Shown here: positions 62,238 to 64,000 of the stretch, piece after piece
How positions within the stretch are numbered: the first letter of the stretch is position 1
Layout: every line of letters starts with the position of its first letter
NCBI GenBank assembly: GCA_012026655.1
Contig: JAAILG010001569.1
Coordinates: forward strand, 1 to 64,000
DNA from: Hydrolagus affinis
Taxonomy: Eukaryota
DNA length: 64,000 nucleotides
Reading direction: 5' to 3'
Program-made: the position numbers and the translations under genes
Notes under the pieces: model-generated
Seen by the model: only the letters and a program-made list of their open reading frames with translations
Told to the model about the DNA's origin: nothing
Database searches by the model: none

Positions 62238-63144
62238 TAAGGGCTCTATCCTTGGCCCCTTACTTTTCAACATCTACATGTATGAGGATGACACCCAACT
62301 CTATTTCTCTGCCTCTAACGTTGACTCCAGGATTACCACTGTCTTGACAGACTGACTGTCAGATATCAAGTCCTGGATGAGAGTTAACTTTTTACAGTTG
62401 AATGCCAACACAAGTCAGAGGCCCTACTGATTGGCTCACGCCAGTGCATCAGTGCATCAGGCAATAGCATCAACCTCCATGGTTGCCAGTCTCACCAAGC
62501 CAGTCTTGTTCGACCCTCAACTATCTTTTCTCCTCCACATCCAAGCAATGACTCGCTCTGCCTTTTCCCATCTCCGCAACATTGCCTGATTCTGCCACTA
62601 CTTCACCCCCAAAGCCGCTGAAACTCTCATTCACTCTGTCATTACATCCCAGCTTGACTATGCAAATGCCCTGTTTGTCGGCCTTCCCAATTCCTCCCTC
62701 CACTGGCTGCAGATAATCCACTGGCTGCAGAACTCTGCAGCCCATGTCCTCTACCATTCCAAACTCTGTGACCCCATCTCCCCCATTCTCGTCCGACTCC
62801 ACTGGCTCCCCATCATCCAGAGGATCCAATTCTAGATCCTGGTCCACACATTTAGGCCCTCCACAACCTCTCCCCACCCTACATCTGTGACCTCCTCAAC
62901 CCCTACCAACCTGCCTGTCCCCTCCGCTCAGCAGGCTCTGCCCTCCTCCACGTCCTCCGACCCACCATTGGCGGGTGAGCCTTTAGCCATTCTGCCCCCA
63001 GCCTCTGGAACTCTATCCCAGCACCCCCACCCCCATCCCCAGCTCGGGTCTGAAACAGTGACTGTCCAGCACCTTGGGACATCCTCCTGATGTGAAAGGA
63101 GTTACATATCTATACTATACAAGTATAATTTTGTTGTTGTTGTT
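62238..63144 (+). mobile_element. L2 LINE RT-to-3'-end fragment
   Basis: GSILGPLLFNIYM..YEDDTQLY; CAGCTTGACTATGCAAATGCCCTG; (TTG)n tail. Confidence 0.9.
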
Positions 63145-64000
63145 AAGTTCAGAGAGGAACAATGGCAACAGTCACAGCAATAGAATGGAAACATGCAGGG
63201 ACATTTAACAATTAACTAAGGGATTGGATGCCAGAGGTGAAAAATGTTAATTTGTTTTAACCTGAACCGATTGAATAGATTTGGTCTTTGCTAAATTCGA
63301 AGAATGTTGTAGTGATCAATGTTGCCTTTTACTAATTACCTTAGTCAATAGTGTGAAGTTCTGTTAAATATATCAAAACACAAGAAGAAATAAAATGTCC
63401 TGAATCAAATTATTGCAGCCTAAAATGTGAAATAACAAGAAAATTAAGGATGTTTAGGACATATTTTATTTAGGATCTTGTTATGTTCCTTACTTGTTAA
63501 TGCCTAATTAAACTATCAGTGTGATTTGAAGCATTAGATGTCTGCAGTGGTAATTATTAACACATATTAGTCTGTGAAGCTTTTGATAGAATGGCCTTTG
63601 GCAAGGCATTAAAACAATTATGCACAAATGTGCAAGGCTTTCTGAACCCATAGACTAATCACAAAAAAATGACTGAATCTTAAACAAAATGTTTGACAGT
63701 GCAACCACTGTCATGCATCTGGCTGTTCTGCATTTGTTTTTGTCTGGGAACATTGCAGCTACGCATATAAATTCTGACAAAAAAAAATTCTCAGGCCCCG
63801 CAGCAATGGCATTTCCACAAACTATTTATACATCCCATATTATACATCCCACATCCCAGTGCTTCAAGGAAACTGTTGCTGATGGTGCCAGTTGTAAAAC
63901 ACTAGTGTGCAATCAATTAGTGCTGTTTTTTACCGAGCGGATGAGACATAGTAGGGTGCATGCTTGTCGCTCTTATGTCCTCTTGGATCTTTTGAAAGTA

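Overview
This is AT-rich, repeat-dense vertebrate genomic DNA with no host protein-coding exon that I can support. It is most likely a large intron or an intergenic region. The repeat repertoire points to a cartilaginous fish, probably a chimaera such as Callorhinchus (inference from recalled family consensus features, not a database search). That repertoire includes L2 LINEs ending in (TTG)n, CR1 LINEs ending in (ATTCTATG)n, two tRNA-headed DeuSINE-type families sharing the L2 tail, and Penelope-like foldbacks. Nearly all listed ORFs are LINE fragments or chance ORFs. The best-supported discrete structures are: a ~1.1 kb solo LTR (TGTTG...CAACA, 4-bp TSD) with a nested L2; a decayed retrovirus/gypsy-type integrase missing from the ORF track (47.5-48.4 kb, minus strand) followed by a possible env-leader ORF; hAT- and Tc1/pogo-type MITEs with TSDs; Penelope-derived inverted elements with degenerate hammerhead cores; a telomeric-repeat-bearing element; several long hairpins (one perfect 45-bp stem); an LF-SINE-like relic; and an old unnamed dispersed repeat with at least 4 copies. 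There are two 100-N assembly gaps. I do not see a convincingly novel biological system; the integrase relic, the solo LTR and the unnamed repeat family are the best leads. Boundaries of degraded repeats are approximate.
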